DNA from: Squalus acanthias
Taxonomy: Eukaryota
Length of the DNA stretch: 64,000 nt
Direction: 5' to 3'
Assembly (NCBI GenBank): GCA_030390025.1
Contig: CM059430.1
Span: 125,426,001-125,490,000 of the forward strand
Below the pieces are notes generated by a model. It saw nothing but the letters and a program-made list of their open reading frames with translations. It made no database searches and was not told the DNA's origin. Positions 26,095 to 38,577 of this stretch are shown piece after piece; positions within the stretch are counted from its first letter, which is position 1, and every line of letters starts with the position of its first letter. A program made the translations under genes and the position numbers.

Positions 26095-27015
26095 TGTGTC
26101 ACGACAGACACTGGGGAGGTACCAGTAGATTGGAAACAGGCCAAAATAGTGCCCATATTCAAAAAGGATGACAAAACAGAAATGGCAGCTACAGACCCAT
26201 TAGTCTTACTCACATTCCATGCTAAGTAATAGAATTGATTATTCGGAGTAAGGCCAAGGATCATCTGTACAATAACCGTCTAGTAAATAGCAGTCAAGGG
26301 GAAGATCCTGCCTGACCAACATCCTCAACTTGTTGTAGGAAGTGACAACCTAAGTGGACTGTGGGAAGCCCTACAATGTGGTATACCTAGATTTACAACA
26401 GGCTTTTCACAAATCCACGTTAAGGCTATCGCAAGGAATTTCCCAATCAGTTGCCATAATTCCAGCGGAAGATCGGCGGAAACCCCCCGTTTACACCTCT
26501 ATCTGGGATTTCCGCAGATTTTCCAAAGTTGCAGTGGTCGATCGGGAGAATCCCTGAGCAAATTCCCAGCATATTAGTCAAACTCAGTGTTAGGGGTCCA
26601 AGCTATGAGACTAGAGAAACATGGGATTTTCAGCCGAGGAAGGAGGCATCCCAAGAGCTGATCCTATAAAAGGTATCCAAGAGTATAGAAAAAGTTAAGC
26701 CAGAAGATTATTCTAAATTAAATTGTGGAGTAGAACAAGGAGGACACAGGTTCAAACTAGTAAAATGTAATTTTAGGACTGGCATCAGGAAATTCTTCTT
26801 CACACAATGTGTAATCAACATGTGGAACTAGTTCCAGATAGAATAATGCAGGCAAAAATCTTGGAACCATGCAAGAATCAACAGGATGCTAAAATGAGCA
26901 GAGGGGAGTGGCAGGGGTGGGGGCAGGGGATTGGGTGTTAGGGTCTCTTTGGGTGAATGAATTAAGATGGGCTGAATGGCCTTCCTCATCCATAATTATC
27001 TAGTGGTCTTGTGAA
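26095..27015 (+). mobile_element. Fragmented CR1 LINE (RT pieces and 3' end), interrupted by a MITE relic at about 26430-26570
   Basis: TGEVPVDWKQAKIVPIFKK, VVYLDLQQAF and degenerate FFTQ..IN.WN. Confidence 0.8.
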
Positions 27016-27335
27016 CTACAAATTTAAAAATAATACTTTACATGTGCTCACCTTGAGAAATACCCTCGAGGGAAATTAAGAGAAAGACAGTTGAGGGGAA
27101 AGGAAGAGGCACAGATACCCTGTTTGTGTCTAATTTAGGGCACAACATAATCGAGTGTGTGTCCTAAGGAGAGCAGGTGTGGTCATTGTCCCCAGCTGTA
27201 TCTGCACGTGGCAGATTTAAAACAAATTACTTCGAATCTCACAGCCACAGTTTCCTGATCGGCCTCTCCGCCTACATTCTTTTCAAAAAACAAATTAAAC
27301 AAATAAATAAATAAAGGTACAAAGGCCACACCCAC

Positions 27336-27407
27336 CTTCATAGAGCTGTGCATACTGAGGAAATCCTGCTGCCCGCAGCCAATCACAAGCCTCCTTAGCC
27401 TCAAGTT
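27336..27407 (-). CDS. STARD8: STARD8-like exon, SAM domain (ELEAKEACDWLRAAGFPQYAQLYE)
   Basis: 72-nt exon, tttttatag acceptor, GTGGGT donor; hallmark DLC-family SAM motif. Confidence 0.96.
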
Positions 27408-27535
27408 CTATAAAAAAGACAGACATCAGTAAATTAACTCTTTCAGAACCACACAGTTGCAAGTTGCTCTTTACAGTGTGAAAACAGCAAAACAAAAAAA
27501 TCTTGTTAGACTCCACACGAGACTCCTCTCACCCC

Positions 27536-27895
27536 TCTTCATCTAACCCCATCAGCATACCCTTCTATTCTTTTCTCCCTCATGTGCTTATCTAGCTTCC
27601 ACTTAAATGCATCTATGTCATTTGCCTCAAATACTCCTTGTAGTCATGCGTTCCACAGTCTTACCACTCTTTGGGTAAAGAAGTTTCTCCTGAATTTCCT
27701 ATTGGATTCATTAGTGAATATCTTGTATTTATGGCCCCTAGTTTTTGAAACCCCTACAAGTGGAAACATCTTCTCTATGTCTACCCTATCAAACCCCTTC
27801 TTCATTTTAAAAACCTCTATCAGGTCACCTCTCAGCCTTCTCTTTTATAGAGAAGAGCCCCAGCCTGTTCACTCTTTCTTGATAGTTATAACCTC
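27536..27895 (-). mobile_element. CR1-type LINE 3' fragment
   Basis: Reverse strand reads RLRGDLIEVFKM..GFDRVD...FFTQRVVRLWNA. Confidence 0.88.
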
Positions 27896-29670
27896 CTTAT
27901 TCCTTTATTCAGAGGAATTGACATTGCTATGGTCAGTGTTCCTATCACTGTTCTTCTCAGTTTCCTCCTAAACTCCAAATATGCCTTCCTCCTTTCTGTG
28001 TTCTCTGTTGAAATCATCGCACCATTTCTTACTCTAACTCCTTCTTTCCCAGGACCTAAACAATATGGAACTTCTTGCCTCTCTCGAACTTCAGTTTTTC
28101 CGACAATCTATAAACTTTTAAAACCAAAACTTGGCATCATTTAGTCACTACTTCTTGATTTATCTCCTCTTCTCGCCTCTTCTCAATATTGATGGTGTCT
28201 TGCAAAATAGGCCTGAGCTCTTCACCTTGGTTTCTCAGCAGGAAAAAATAAATAAATTGTTCCTCTCGAAGTGAGCAATTTTATTACTAGGGAATGGGAG
28301 CCTTTCTGCCCAGCATCAGCATTAAGCTCCCTCTACACTATCCCACCAAGCTCTCAAATGTCAGGAAGAACACCAGTTAGAGCAGAGTAAAGCTTTTGCT
28401 ATTGTGTGTCATTCTTATCCAGTGAGGTTTGAATTCTTCTGGTTGCTATGGGCAACAACATTGTGAATGTACAAGATGAATAGAACTGTTGAAATTGTCT
28501 TCTTCATGTCTACAAGTTTGACAGCACTGTAATGGTTAGCGATATTAGTGTCTGCATAATGGCATACAGGCAGAGATAATACAGTCTGTATGCACAGAAA
28601 CATTACAGATACAGTACAGGTGGAGGTACCACAATCTAGACAATGCTGTACAGGCAGATGCCACAGTCTGGAGAAGAGTGTGTGGGTCTTTTTTACATTT
28701 TGTCAGCTTCTCCACCTCTCCTGAAGGTGCTGACTGATGCTGGATATAGTTCAAAACACACCAGGCACTCTCCAGCGTGAGCCTAGGTCGTGTCAGCAGG
28801 ATAGTCAACCATCGAAGGCTAGTCACAAACCTTCACTTTTCAACAAGATTCACTGAATAGCGATAAGATGATCTATGGCTGATTTTCTCTCCTAGCCCAA
28901 GGACACAGAAGTGAACAGTAGAGCCCAAATACCACCCTGGTTGAGATAGAGCAGGAATCAAACACAGGGCCTTCTAGCTCAGCTGTTCATTGCATGAATG
29001 CACTGCATCACTGGGAGAGCTTCTTTTTCTCAGTTTCATTCCTTTGAAACATTTCATCAAATTGATTCTCTTTTGTATGACACATTTTATATTCACTCAC
29101 TTTCTTGTGTACACAAAGACCATTTGTGGTAAGTATGTATCACAGAGAAGATTGAGCAATACACAGTGAAGCTTTAACCGATCATTCTCTACTCAGCCAT
29201 AAAAACATCGAGAATATCTAGTTCCACATCTCAAGAGCCTGTGCTCAGTGCACGTCCAATATTTAAGGTGGAAACAGAATCAAAGCACTGTGGATGTGGG
29301 TACTTCCAAGGAACTTGTTTTCTCTCGAGCTTCTATGAGTTTGATCCGACACTATGACACAGAGATAAGGACAGCCAGGCCCACACTCAACTAATGTCAC
29401 AGATCAGCCCATCAGAGAAAACCACTTCCACTGTGTAGGACTGAGCTCAGACTATAGAATGCAACATGTGGAACCAGTGCACACTTCATACAGGATCTGA
29501 ACTACACAGTATACAACTCACAATGGACTGAAGACTTCAGCTCATCAAAGGCTATCTGAGAGATAATGACATGCAAATATACAGGCAGTATACAGTCATT
29601 ATACTGTCAAAAGGCCTTCCAGGTACCTATACTGGACAGCTGCTACCAGTATAATATAAGCCAAGCAGAA

Positions 29671-30133
29671 CGTTACACAGGGCGCTGTACAGTGCGTTAC
29701 ACAGGGCGCTGAACGGTGCGTTACACAGGGCGCTGTACGGTGCGTTACACAGGGCGCTGTACGGTGCGTTACACAGGGCGCTGAACGGTGCGTTACACAG
29801 GGCGCTGAACGGTGCGTTACACAGGGCGCTGTACGGTGCGTTACACAGGGCGCTGTACGGTGCGGTACACAGGGCGCTGTACGGTGCGGTACACAGGGCG
29901 CTGAACGGTGCGGTACACAGGGCGCTGAACGGTGCGTTACACAGGGCGCTGAACGGTGCGTTACACAGGGCGCTGAATGGTGCGTTACACAGGGCGCGGA
30001 ACGGTGCGTTACACACGGTGCGGTGCACAGGGCGCGGTGCACAGGGCACGGTGCACAGGGCGCGGAACGGTGCGGTGCACAGGGCGCGGAACGGTGCGGT
30101 GCACAGGGCGCGGAACGGTGCGGTGCACAGGGC
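29671..30133. repeat. 24-bp CpG-rich minisatellite, about 19 copies
   Basis: Unit GTTACACAGGGCGCTGWACGGTGC, shifting to GGTGCACAGGGCGCGGAACGGTGC at the right end. Confidence 0.97.
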
Positions 30134-30433
30134 GAATTTTTGGTTTGCATTAGAGGTTAGTCAGTGTTTGAAGCTAAAGGAGGTTTCTCATTTGCAAGTA
30201 CTATCCATAACTCTAGGCCTACTGTCAAGAATCATTGGTTTAGCTAATCTTGAAGCTCTTCAGTTTGCCTTGAAATAAAATCAGAAGAGGTACCTTCCTG
30301 ACTTCAGCCTCACTGCCTGTATTTCATGGTCTCTGGGTTTCCTGTTTACTACGGGATTCAGCAGCAAACAGGTTTCAAACATCTTTCAACTGGACAAGCA
30401 GACTGCCGTGAGGGCAAGCCTTGTAGTAGAAAT

Positions 30434-30457
30434 GGGGGGTGGGGGGGGGGGGGGGGG
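30434..30457 (+). repeat. Poly-G run (G-quadruplex-capable)
   Basis: G6-T-G17. Confidence 0.85.
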
Positions 30458-30459
30458 AA

Positions 30460-31005
30460 AGGAGTTACAGTAAAGACTAGGGAGCCAGGGTTACAGTGAA
30501 GTCTGGAGTCCATGGTGAAGTCTAGGGAGGTCGCACAACACCAGGTTATAGTCCAACAGTTTTATTTGAAATCACAAACTTTCGGAGCTATCGATCGCCC
30601 CTTCCTCAGGGCGATCGATAGCTCCGAAAGCTTGTGATTTCAAATAAAACTGTTGGACTATAACCTGGTGTTGTGCGACCTCTCAATTTTGTCCACCCCA
30701 GTCCAACACCGGCATCTCCGCATCATGAAGTCTAGGGAGCCAGGGTTACAGCACAGTGTAAACTAGGAGAGGGGGCGGGGATCATAGCAGAGTGAAGACT
30801 ATGGAGGTATGAGGTTTCAGCACAGTAATAAACTGGGACAGCCAGGGGAACCAGGGTTATAGTACAGTGAAGACTAGTAACCGGGATTACAGCACAGTAA
30901 TAAATTGGGAGGGGCAGGGTCACAGCGCAGTGAAAACTGGGCGACAAGTTTACAACACAATGAAGACTTGGGAGAAGAGGAAATGAGGTTACAATGTAGT
31001 GTAAA
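30460..31005. repeat. Degenerate ~30-bp minisatellite, interrupted by a hairpin element
   Basis: Recurring GGGTTACAG.ACAGTGAAGACT.GG units. Confidence 0.7.
30530..30725. mobile_element. Short hairpin (inverted pLTR) Penelope-derived element, copy 1
   Basis: 74-bp inverted arms 30527-30600 / 30609-30682 with 1 mismatch, unique tail, flanking direct repeat TGAAGTCTAGGGAG (30516-30529, 30726-30739). Confidence 0.85.
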
Positions 31006-32319
31006 CCTGCGTTAACAGATTTAGACATGATAAAGTGTACAGCTTGACAAACAGGCACAGATGACCCTGTTTTCATTCATTTGAGCTATTTGAAAAATCT
31101 ATTATAAAAAGGTACGAAGTCCAGACTGAGGGGAACTATGCAAAGAAATTTGTAATTTCTACGCATTACTACCTCACCTAACAAGATGAATAACTGCTAG
31201 CATCTCTGCTTTCTTGTCTAAATTCGAAAGAATATACTGAAAGAAGCCCTAAAGCACCATAGCTCTGGCTACATGTTTTCAATTCTAGTGGAAGTGCAGC
31301 AAACTCAGTGGTTGAATTGGAACTTGTGTCCACATCCAACATGGAAAATAGTAACCCAGCCCTTCCATCCAAGGACCCATTCATTGCCAATAGTCTGAAA
31401 AAGGATATATTAACCCCTTGTGGACTGATCCTAGTTCTACTAAGGGAAATTGTTCCATGTTTGATGCAAGCACTTAAGGTATTAACTAAATCAAAAATTC
31501 TGACAGTCTTATTTTAAAGGTAGGTATTAACCTATTTAATTTAAAAGGGTTAACACCTGGGTTTCTCAATTTTAAAAAAACACTCTAAAAACCACTGCTT
31601 TGTTACAACCTGACTTGCACAATGTACTTACACTGGGGCCACCTGCATCTCCAACTCACATACCTCTTTATCTAATTTGAGTTTCTTATACTCTTTCTTT
31701 CTTATACTAGCTGTCTCCCACCCCCATACTCCAGGCCAATAGTCATTTCCTGTATCTGCAAGTTCTTCCCCACTTCACCCCTGCAACCAACTGAAATGTG
31801 CAGTGAGGTCAGAAGACATCAAGCAGATAAGTTAGTAAGTCATCCTAAAATGTCTTCCAGCCATGGTACATTTCTAAGGAGATAGATAACCGGATCTGCA
31901 GAGTTGAGGGAGCCCAGAATAGCATATTTTCCCATTTGTTGAGCATTCATACTATTGGGGAGGCAGTTAATATCAATAAATGCCATCAGCCAGATGGCAT
32001 TTTATTAAAGGAAACCCAGGTTTCTCTTGGCAAGGATCCTGTGGAAAGGGGATTCATTGCAATATGTGCGGGATTTGGAAAAACTAACAGGTTACCTCAT
32101 CCCAGCCAAGAATGCAGTCATTCATCCAATTCCTTTCCCCCTCTCAAGTGCACAACTACGCTCAACTCCTACCAGGCAAATAATAATGTAAAAGATTACA
32201 ATTCCCAAGAACTGCCCAATAGATAGAGTTCCAACAAATACAGAAGCAAATGAGCTTCTTTCTTCATACAACCAATAACAGGCACGACATGCAGACACTG
32301 GGGGAAGAGAGTCAACATT

Positions 32320-33350
32320 GTTGGACCAGTTTAACGGGCGTAAAATGGACACGATGACAAGGCTCGCGCCTGATTTGCACATGCACCCGGGTCTCTGCTA
32401 AATTTATCAGGGCTTTTTTTCTGTACGGCCCCGGCAGTCGCCTGAAACAAGTATGGGCCTCATTTCAATATGGAAGCGAGGTTCCTGAGGCCGTTTCAGG
32501 ACCCAACCAGGAAGAATGCGAAAGTTTTATTCACCGGAGAAGGTCTCCCTAATTATCTGCTGTGTATGGCTCTTGCAATCTGTAACAGATGGTCCTCCAC
32601 CTCCTCACCTTGCTGCTGCTGGTATGTGCATGTTTGAGCAGAACTGGCAAATCTTCCTCCGTAAGGATTTCCACGATCAGGCCTTTGAGGGCGAAACTGT
32701 GCAGCATACAACACACAGCCACTATCAATGAGACTCGAACTGGATTGTATTGGAATGCCTCTCCAGAATGTTCCAGGCACCTTCCGCATTCTAACTGGGT
32801 GCTTGATAAGGATTCTAGTAGATCATGGGCAAGTGTGGCAGACATAATGCAGGTTTCATGAGGCACCCTTTGTCGCCAGGTAGCTACACAGAGACATGCT
32901 TATCTGGGTGAAACACTGCTAGTATAGTGGACAGCGTTAAAATAGAAGCACCATGGCAGCCTAATGAGCATAAATGAGGGGTGCAATGTCAATTGGTTGT
33001 AAATGATCTGCATGCTCATAGATTGACTTGCAGGTGGCATCCACAGATGGCCACCTGGGTGCCATCTACAACTCCCTGGACCTTGGAGATATGAACCAAT
33101 GTAGAACTGTCCTGCTGCTGCCAGGAAACGATTCTAAAGCTGATGAACTGTGCAGCAGCCTTCGCAAATAAGACATCAGTGACCTTTTGGATGCAGGCAT
33201 GCACTGTGGATTGGTTGATATTGGTGATGTCCCCTGTAACTGCTCTGGGACATTACCAATGGAAAGGCCCCACTGAATACAATGGAGGGGTGGAACTTCA
33301 TAACAGTCTGGAAGCCAGTCCATCATTACCCAATCCCAGGAAACCACACT
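32320..33350 (-). pseudogene. Decayed PIF/Harbinger DDE transposase (HARBI1-like) relic
   Basis: GDITNINQSTVHACIQKVTDVLF, VQGVVDGTQVAI and RCLEHSGEAFQYNPVRVSLIVAVCCMLH segments in shifting frames. Confidence 0.8.
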
Positions 33351-36300
33351 ACCAGCAAGGTATGTAGCTCAATTAGTAAATATGCTTCCAGAAGCGGTAC
33401 TGAGCCATACAAACCAGGGAAGACCCAAATTCAATCCCTAGTTTGTCCCTAAGTTGGCTAACCTCCAACAGGGCAGCCATAGGGGCGATGTAAGCACCTT
33501 GGGCTAAGATGGGGAAAAAATAGCCATACCTGATCATTATTCAGTGCTGAGGTGTACGCACATGGATGTTGGACATAATGGGGCTTAGCTGTGCTGCCTG
33601 TTGCAATCTAACAGTCTGCTGACACTCCAGCCTGGATTTTCCAGTCAGTGATATTTTAACACTGGTGTTAAAAGAACACGGATTGGAAATTGGAAAATAG
33701 AACACGGACTGGAAAATAGAAAACAGACTGGAAAATCTAGTCCTCATTGTCCAAGCTCGCACATGAAGAATGGCTAGCTGGATGAGGTATCAGAGGGTGC
33801 TGGTGCCCAGTGAACTGTGCTGCAGCAAGAGCGAGCACCTTCGGGGGAGAAAGGTGGAGAGTAAACAAACAGCATCAAAACAATGAACACAGCCAGTGCA
33901 CTTGAGCAGGAACAGGCTCGAATTAGCTAGTTATTAGCAAACAATGGCCACCTATATTTTAAGATATTTTTAATGTTACAAAAGCAGGAGTAGGAGCTAT
34001 TTTCCTGCCTCCCCCACTTCAAGTCACACATTCAAGAAACAGATGTCGTGAGAAAGGAAGCCACACATGTTTATGTAAGATTATAAAAGGATGCAAACCC
34101 TTATCAAAGGATGGTTGGGGGCAGCTGAGGACACTACAATGCTGTTTAATATACTTCTAGGCTGTGAAAATCCCAACATTCCACAGCAGCAGGGAGCAAG
34201 TTTTGGCCGTAATACTGCAATAGGCTTGCAAATCTTCACTGTTATCAGCTTCCTATTCTGAAATCCTTCAGGTTACTCTTTTCTAACTTCTTTCACAGCA
34301 CACAATCAACTGTGAAGCTGCTTCATCTGAGGCAGCCAGAATGAGGACAACAATAACTGAATTCCTACCGGAACTACATTCCCAAAATTCTTTAAAATTA
34401 ATGAAATTACTGTAGTGCTACAAACAACAACAGCGCTCCACATACATGTATTGGATAATAGACAGATACATACAACACCGAGTGCCCAACAATGGAGAAA
34501 TACTAGGTGTGGCACTTGCAGTCATAAGACACATACCCAAGGTGTCACTTCACACCAAAAACACGATTAAAGCAACCAGTTGCATCGGATGATATTAGTA
34601 TATTCTTCTCTCCTCTTTCTTATCCTTGTCTTTCAATTTATTTTCTCTTTCTACACATTTTATTTTTCTCTCCACACCCACCCAGCTGTGGGATTGATGA
34701 TTCTTCTTCTGTTGAGAGAAATCAAGACAATGCTTATGGAGAAAGGGATGTCCCAGCATTCATCCTAGCATCCATGCGGATAGTGAAAGGCCTCTATTAA
34801 GTCTATAGGACCTATAATTTTAATGGAGCCCTTTCACTATCACCAAAGTGCTGGCTTGCTTTCTTATCACCTGCATACACAACGCTGAGGCAAGCAGACC
34901 GCAACCTCACACAGTCTCCCACACCTGCCAAATGCGAGAGTGTTGTAGGTGTGATAAGAGCTATGAAAGGGAGGTTTAGGCTATGAACTAAACAGAGATT
35001 ATGAACTCCTTTTTGCACATTAGCATAGCTGCAGCCAGAGAGCACTGTAACAAGGCCAGGTGTCTGTCCCTGGTAGCTACTGTGAACACAGAAGAACTTG
35101 GGGAAGTTGTAGTTTTGGCCAACCTCAAAGTTACAGATTACCCGAAGCTTAAGGCACACCCCAGCAGCCCTAGTTCAAAAAACAATTAGAACATAAGAAA
35201 GCATGGAAATAAAAGGCTATCTAACCCACCAGTCCCACTCTTTCCACAGTTGATGTGCAACCCATCATGGATTTTACCTCACCCATTTAATCTTCTGCGT
35301 GAAAATTCTGCATAAATACTCCATGATCCCCAAAAGATCCTCAAGCAAAACTCCAGAATACTCATCCATCCTCACATCCCCATTACTGAACTCTCGCCTC
35401 CAAGCAACATTCTTCCTCAGTCCCAGCAGCACAGGAACCATTGAAGCCTGTAGACAACTTCATTAACTTAGTTTACATCTATCCCTGTAATCACCTATTG
35501 TATTGCAACCAGATATTATTTAAGTTCCCCATTAAAATCCTGTGTACAAGGCACTAAGTTCGGGGTCATTGGTCTCAGGAGAGAATTCCATAGACAGAAG
35601 GAGCAAAGTGTGAAGCTTCAATACACTGTGCAGACTTTCTCAATTTATACAGACTGTTGAGAGATTTCAGGGATCATTCCACCCCTGTAGAGTAAGCAGG
35701 ACATATCACCAAGGACCAGAACTTCTCTCTACTATGTTAGCTGCTTGAAAGAGCATCACAACTCATTCATACCCACTTACTGAGTTACTGGTCCTTTACA
35801 TCAAAGATAACACATCCTGTTCAGACAGCTGGTATTATTCTCAATGCTGCTGAAATGTACATTTAACATCCTTGCACCTGCTCGCATAGTTTCAACAATA
35901 ACTGTAGTACAGTTCTAATTTCTGTCCCTCCCTCTTTTCTTTTTTAATTGCTTCCCCTCTTTATATTGTAACTGCATTATGCAGTCAGTGCCCAGCCGAA
36001 AGTGTGGGCATTAAATCCGACCCCAGCACAGCGATCGTTTTCCTCTGTAGCCATGTGTTATCAGGATTGTCAACTTGAAAGAAATTCCATGTCAGATTTT
36101 TAATTGCGAGTCAGATACCCAAGGCATTGCCTGCAACAAAAAAATCAGATGGGCTGAAATTCATAAGACCTTCGAGCACACTGCCGCCATAACTTCGGCA
36201 TAACTGTGGCAGAAAGGCCAGATACTCTCACTATATGGGAAGTCCTGTCGATGTCGCCCTTACACAGGTCTAGCGTATCTTCAAAGACCAGTATGCTGAG

Positions 36301-36444
36301 AAGGAGGAGGGAGGCCAGCCTCTTCAATGGCACATGTGGGGAACACCTTGGGGGCCTAGGCCCGAGACTCAGCCTGGGCCCCTGAAAATTTCAGTAACTT
36401 TGTACTTTTGCTCGGCCCCCTTATAAAGGGGGACCAATGAGCAC

Positions 36445-36692
36445 AAGACAGAAATGTTTCTGAGAGGACATCGACCTGAAACTTTAACTCTGTTTCTCTC
36501 TCCACAGATGCTGCCTGACCTGCTGAGTGTTTACAGCATTTTCTGTTTTTATTTCAGATTTCCAGCATCTGCAGTATTTTGCTTTTGCTACAGTTCTGAT
36601 GGTGAGTCTCTACCCAAGTGTTAACTCGTTGCTTCTCTTTCAAGAGCAGCCAGGTCTGTTCTGGATTTCCAACATTTTCTATTTTTATTTCA
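36445..36692 (+). mobile_element. Two tandem degenerate Penelope pLTR fragments
   Basis: ATCGACCTGAAAC.TTAACTCTGTTTCTCTCTCCACAGATGCTGCCTGACC, then a second more decayed copy. Confidence 0.7.
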
Positions 36693-37180
36693 GAGGCTGA
36701 AGATGATGGCTTGTCTATAGTAATTTTGTAAACCACAGTCTGACTTCCTGTGAGACCGAGAATAGAGTTCCTATTTATAACCACTACTATCTGGTCTTCA
36801 GAAGATGCGGCATAGAGACCTGCTCAAAGTACCAACCAGCCCTATCCATATTAACGTGTGTTTTTACTTTAACCCCTTGCCTGCCAAATATCTTTTAAAA
36901 CAACGGACGCATCATAATTCACTAAGAAAGATGCTGCTCGTTCGGTGGCTGAGTGGGTAGATGCCCCACCCAGTCTAAAGCGCACCGACCAAATGATCAG
37001 AGATACGATCCGTGCCTGTGCTGATCTCAGTCAGGGACGCAGTTGGGGGCTATAATTGGCATCAGTGCTCTGGTCTAGTCGGAGTCATTCAGCCAGGATT
37101 ACCACTTCTGATCACCATCCAATGACCCCTGCTGGAAGGTGCATAGGTCAGGCGAGGCCAGGATCAGATTTGTCTGAGAA

Positions 37181-37643
37181 AAGAAAGACTTGCATTTATA
37201 TAGCGCCTTTCACGACCACCAAACGTCTCAATGCGCTTTACAACCAATGAAGTACTTTTGAAGTGTAGTCACTGTTGTAATGTGGGAAACGCGGCAGCCA
37301 ATTTGCGCACAGCAAGCTCCCATAAACAGCAATGTGATAATGAGCAGATAATCTGTTTTTGTTATGTTAATTGAGGGATAAATATTGGCCAGGACACCGG
37401 GGATAACTCCCCTACTCTTCTTCAAAATAGTGCTATGGGATCTTTTACGTCCACCTGAGAGAGCAGACGGGGCCTCGGTTTAACATCTCATCCGAAAGAC
37501 GGCACCTCCAACAGTACAGCACTCCCTCAGCACTGCACTGGAGTGTCAGCCTAGATTTATGTGCTCAAGTCCCTGGAGTGAGACTTGAACCCACAACCTT
37601 CTGACTCAGAGGCATGTGTGCTACCAACTGAGCCACAGCTGAC
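37181..37643 (-). mobile_element. Full-length tRNA-derived Deu-domain SINE (SacSINE1/AmnSINE-like)
   Basis: tRNA-like head with A box TGGCTCAGTTGG and B box GGTTCAAGTC, central conserved domain, tail GGCGCTATATAAATGCAAGTCTTTCTT. Confidence 0.85.
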
Positions 37644-38018
37644 ACAGTAAGAATCGGAGGGAAGCTCGCACCTGCTGATCTGTACCCCAGCACAAGCCAC
37701 ACAATTCAATTTCCTTCCTGTCACTACCAAACCCAATAGAAATCAAATCCCACAGAAAGGTGACACAATCATTTACTGCATGAAGTTGGCTGCAGAAACT
37801 TATCAGCAAATTGCACGGGTTTGAAATCCATCTGAATTACTGTCACACGCTCCCCCCGGTCACGCACCCCACCTGTATTGACAGTGATATTAAATCATAA
37901 ACCGAGTGAAGTTTCAGACACTGAATACGGCAGATTTTGCTTTTATGCCGTTCGCCGAATCTTAATTCTGGTAAATCTTTTAAAGAACAGCTCTGCGGTG
38001 AACTCGGATCTGACTTAC

Positions 38019-38055
38019 CGCGGCCCGTCAAGATCATCCCACCATCCAAACTCAT
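38019..38055 (-). CDS. STARD8: STARD8/DLC3-like RhoGAP, probable first coding exon (MSLDGGMILTGR-E)
   Basis: ATG at 38055 with an upstream in-frame stop; 37 nt ending in a perfect G|GTAAGT phase-1 donor that joins in frame to the SAM exon; MILT motif and 12-codon+1 length parallel the DLC1 short first exon (MCRKKPDTMILT-Q); local CpG enrichment. Confidence 0.75.
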
Positions 38056-38360
38056 GGAGGAGCAGCCCCGAGAACAAGCAGGTCAGAATCGCCTCTTGGC
38101 TCCAAGCTTTTAATCCCGTTCGACAAGCACACTGAGAAATTCCATGACAGGGAGAAAAAGGCGACCTCAGGGAATGCCAGTGGATTCAGTAATAGCAGTG
38201 GGAGTGACCTACAGCAGCTTGGATCTCACACACACACACACACACACACACACAAAGCCAAGCCCATTTTGCACCAGTAGCTCATCTGGCAGAAATACAC
38301 AACAAATGTCTCACCAAGTGCTCATGGGCAGTACCAACGGGAGGGGAGGGTAAGGAAACA
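38056..38360 (-). promoter_or_regulatory. Putative 5' UTR/promoter of the short STARD8-like isoform
   Basis: Unique sequence directly upstream of the first ATG, with CpGs, a (CA)n tract at about 38226-38253 and a GGGAGGGGAGGG Sp/KLF-like box near 38340. Confidence 0.4.
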
Positions 38361-38577
38361 CAGAGACTTTGCAGCCTCCCAGCTCCCACACCTCAAAGTC
38401 TGCTTCAGTTGAGTTGTCTTTCATTTGAGAAAGTCATTTTTTCAAGATTGGGTGAGAATTTGAAGATTTAAATGACGAAAATTGAGTTGAGGGTTATTCT
38501 TTTTAGCAGTCCTTTACGAAAAGAATTAACTTTAACATCCTTTCTTGTTGTGTCCTGCTTTATTTAAACAAAAAAAT

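Noticed and set aside
29599-30150. 183-aa Cys/His-rich repeat protein (APCVTHRS)n
   Set aside because: Translation of a 24-bp minisatellite that is open in several frames; no convincing splice sites or homology
31178-31260. Upstream coding exon ending at a GTGAGG donor
   Set aside because: The phase-1 frame has a stop shortly before the donor, and the ATG frame is phase 2, incompatible with the SAM exon
37575-37643. tRNA gene
   Set aside because: The A/B boxes belong to a SINE head that continues into SINE body and tail; no complete cloverleaf
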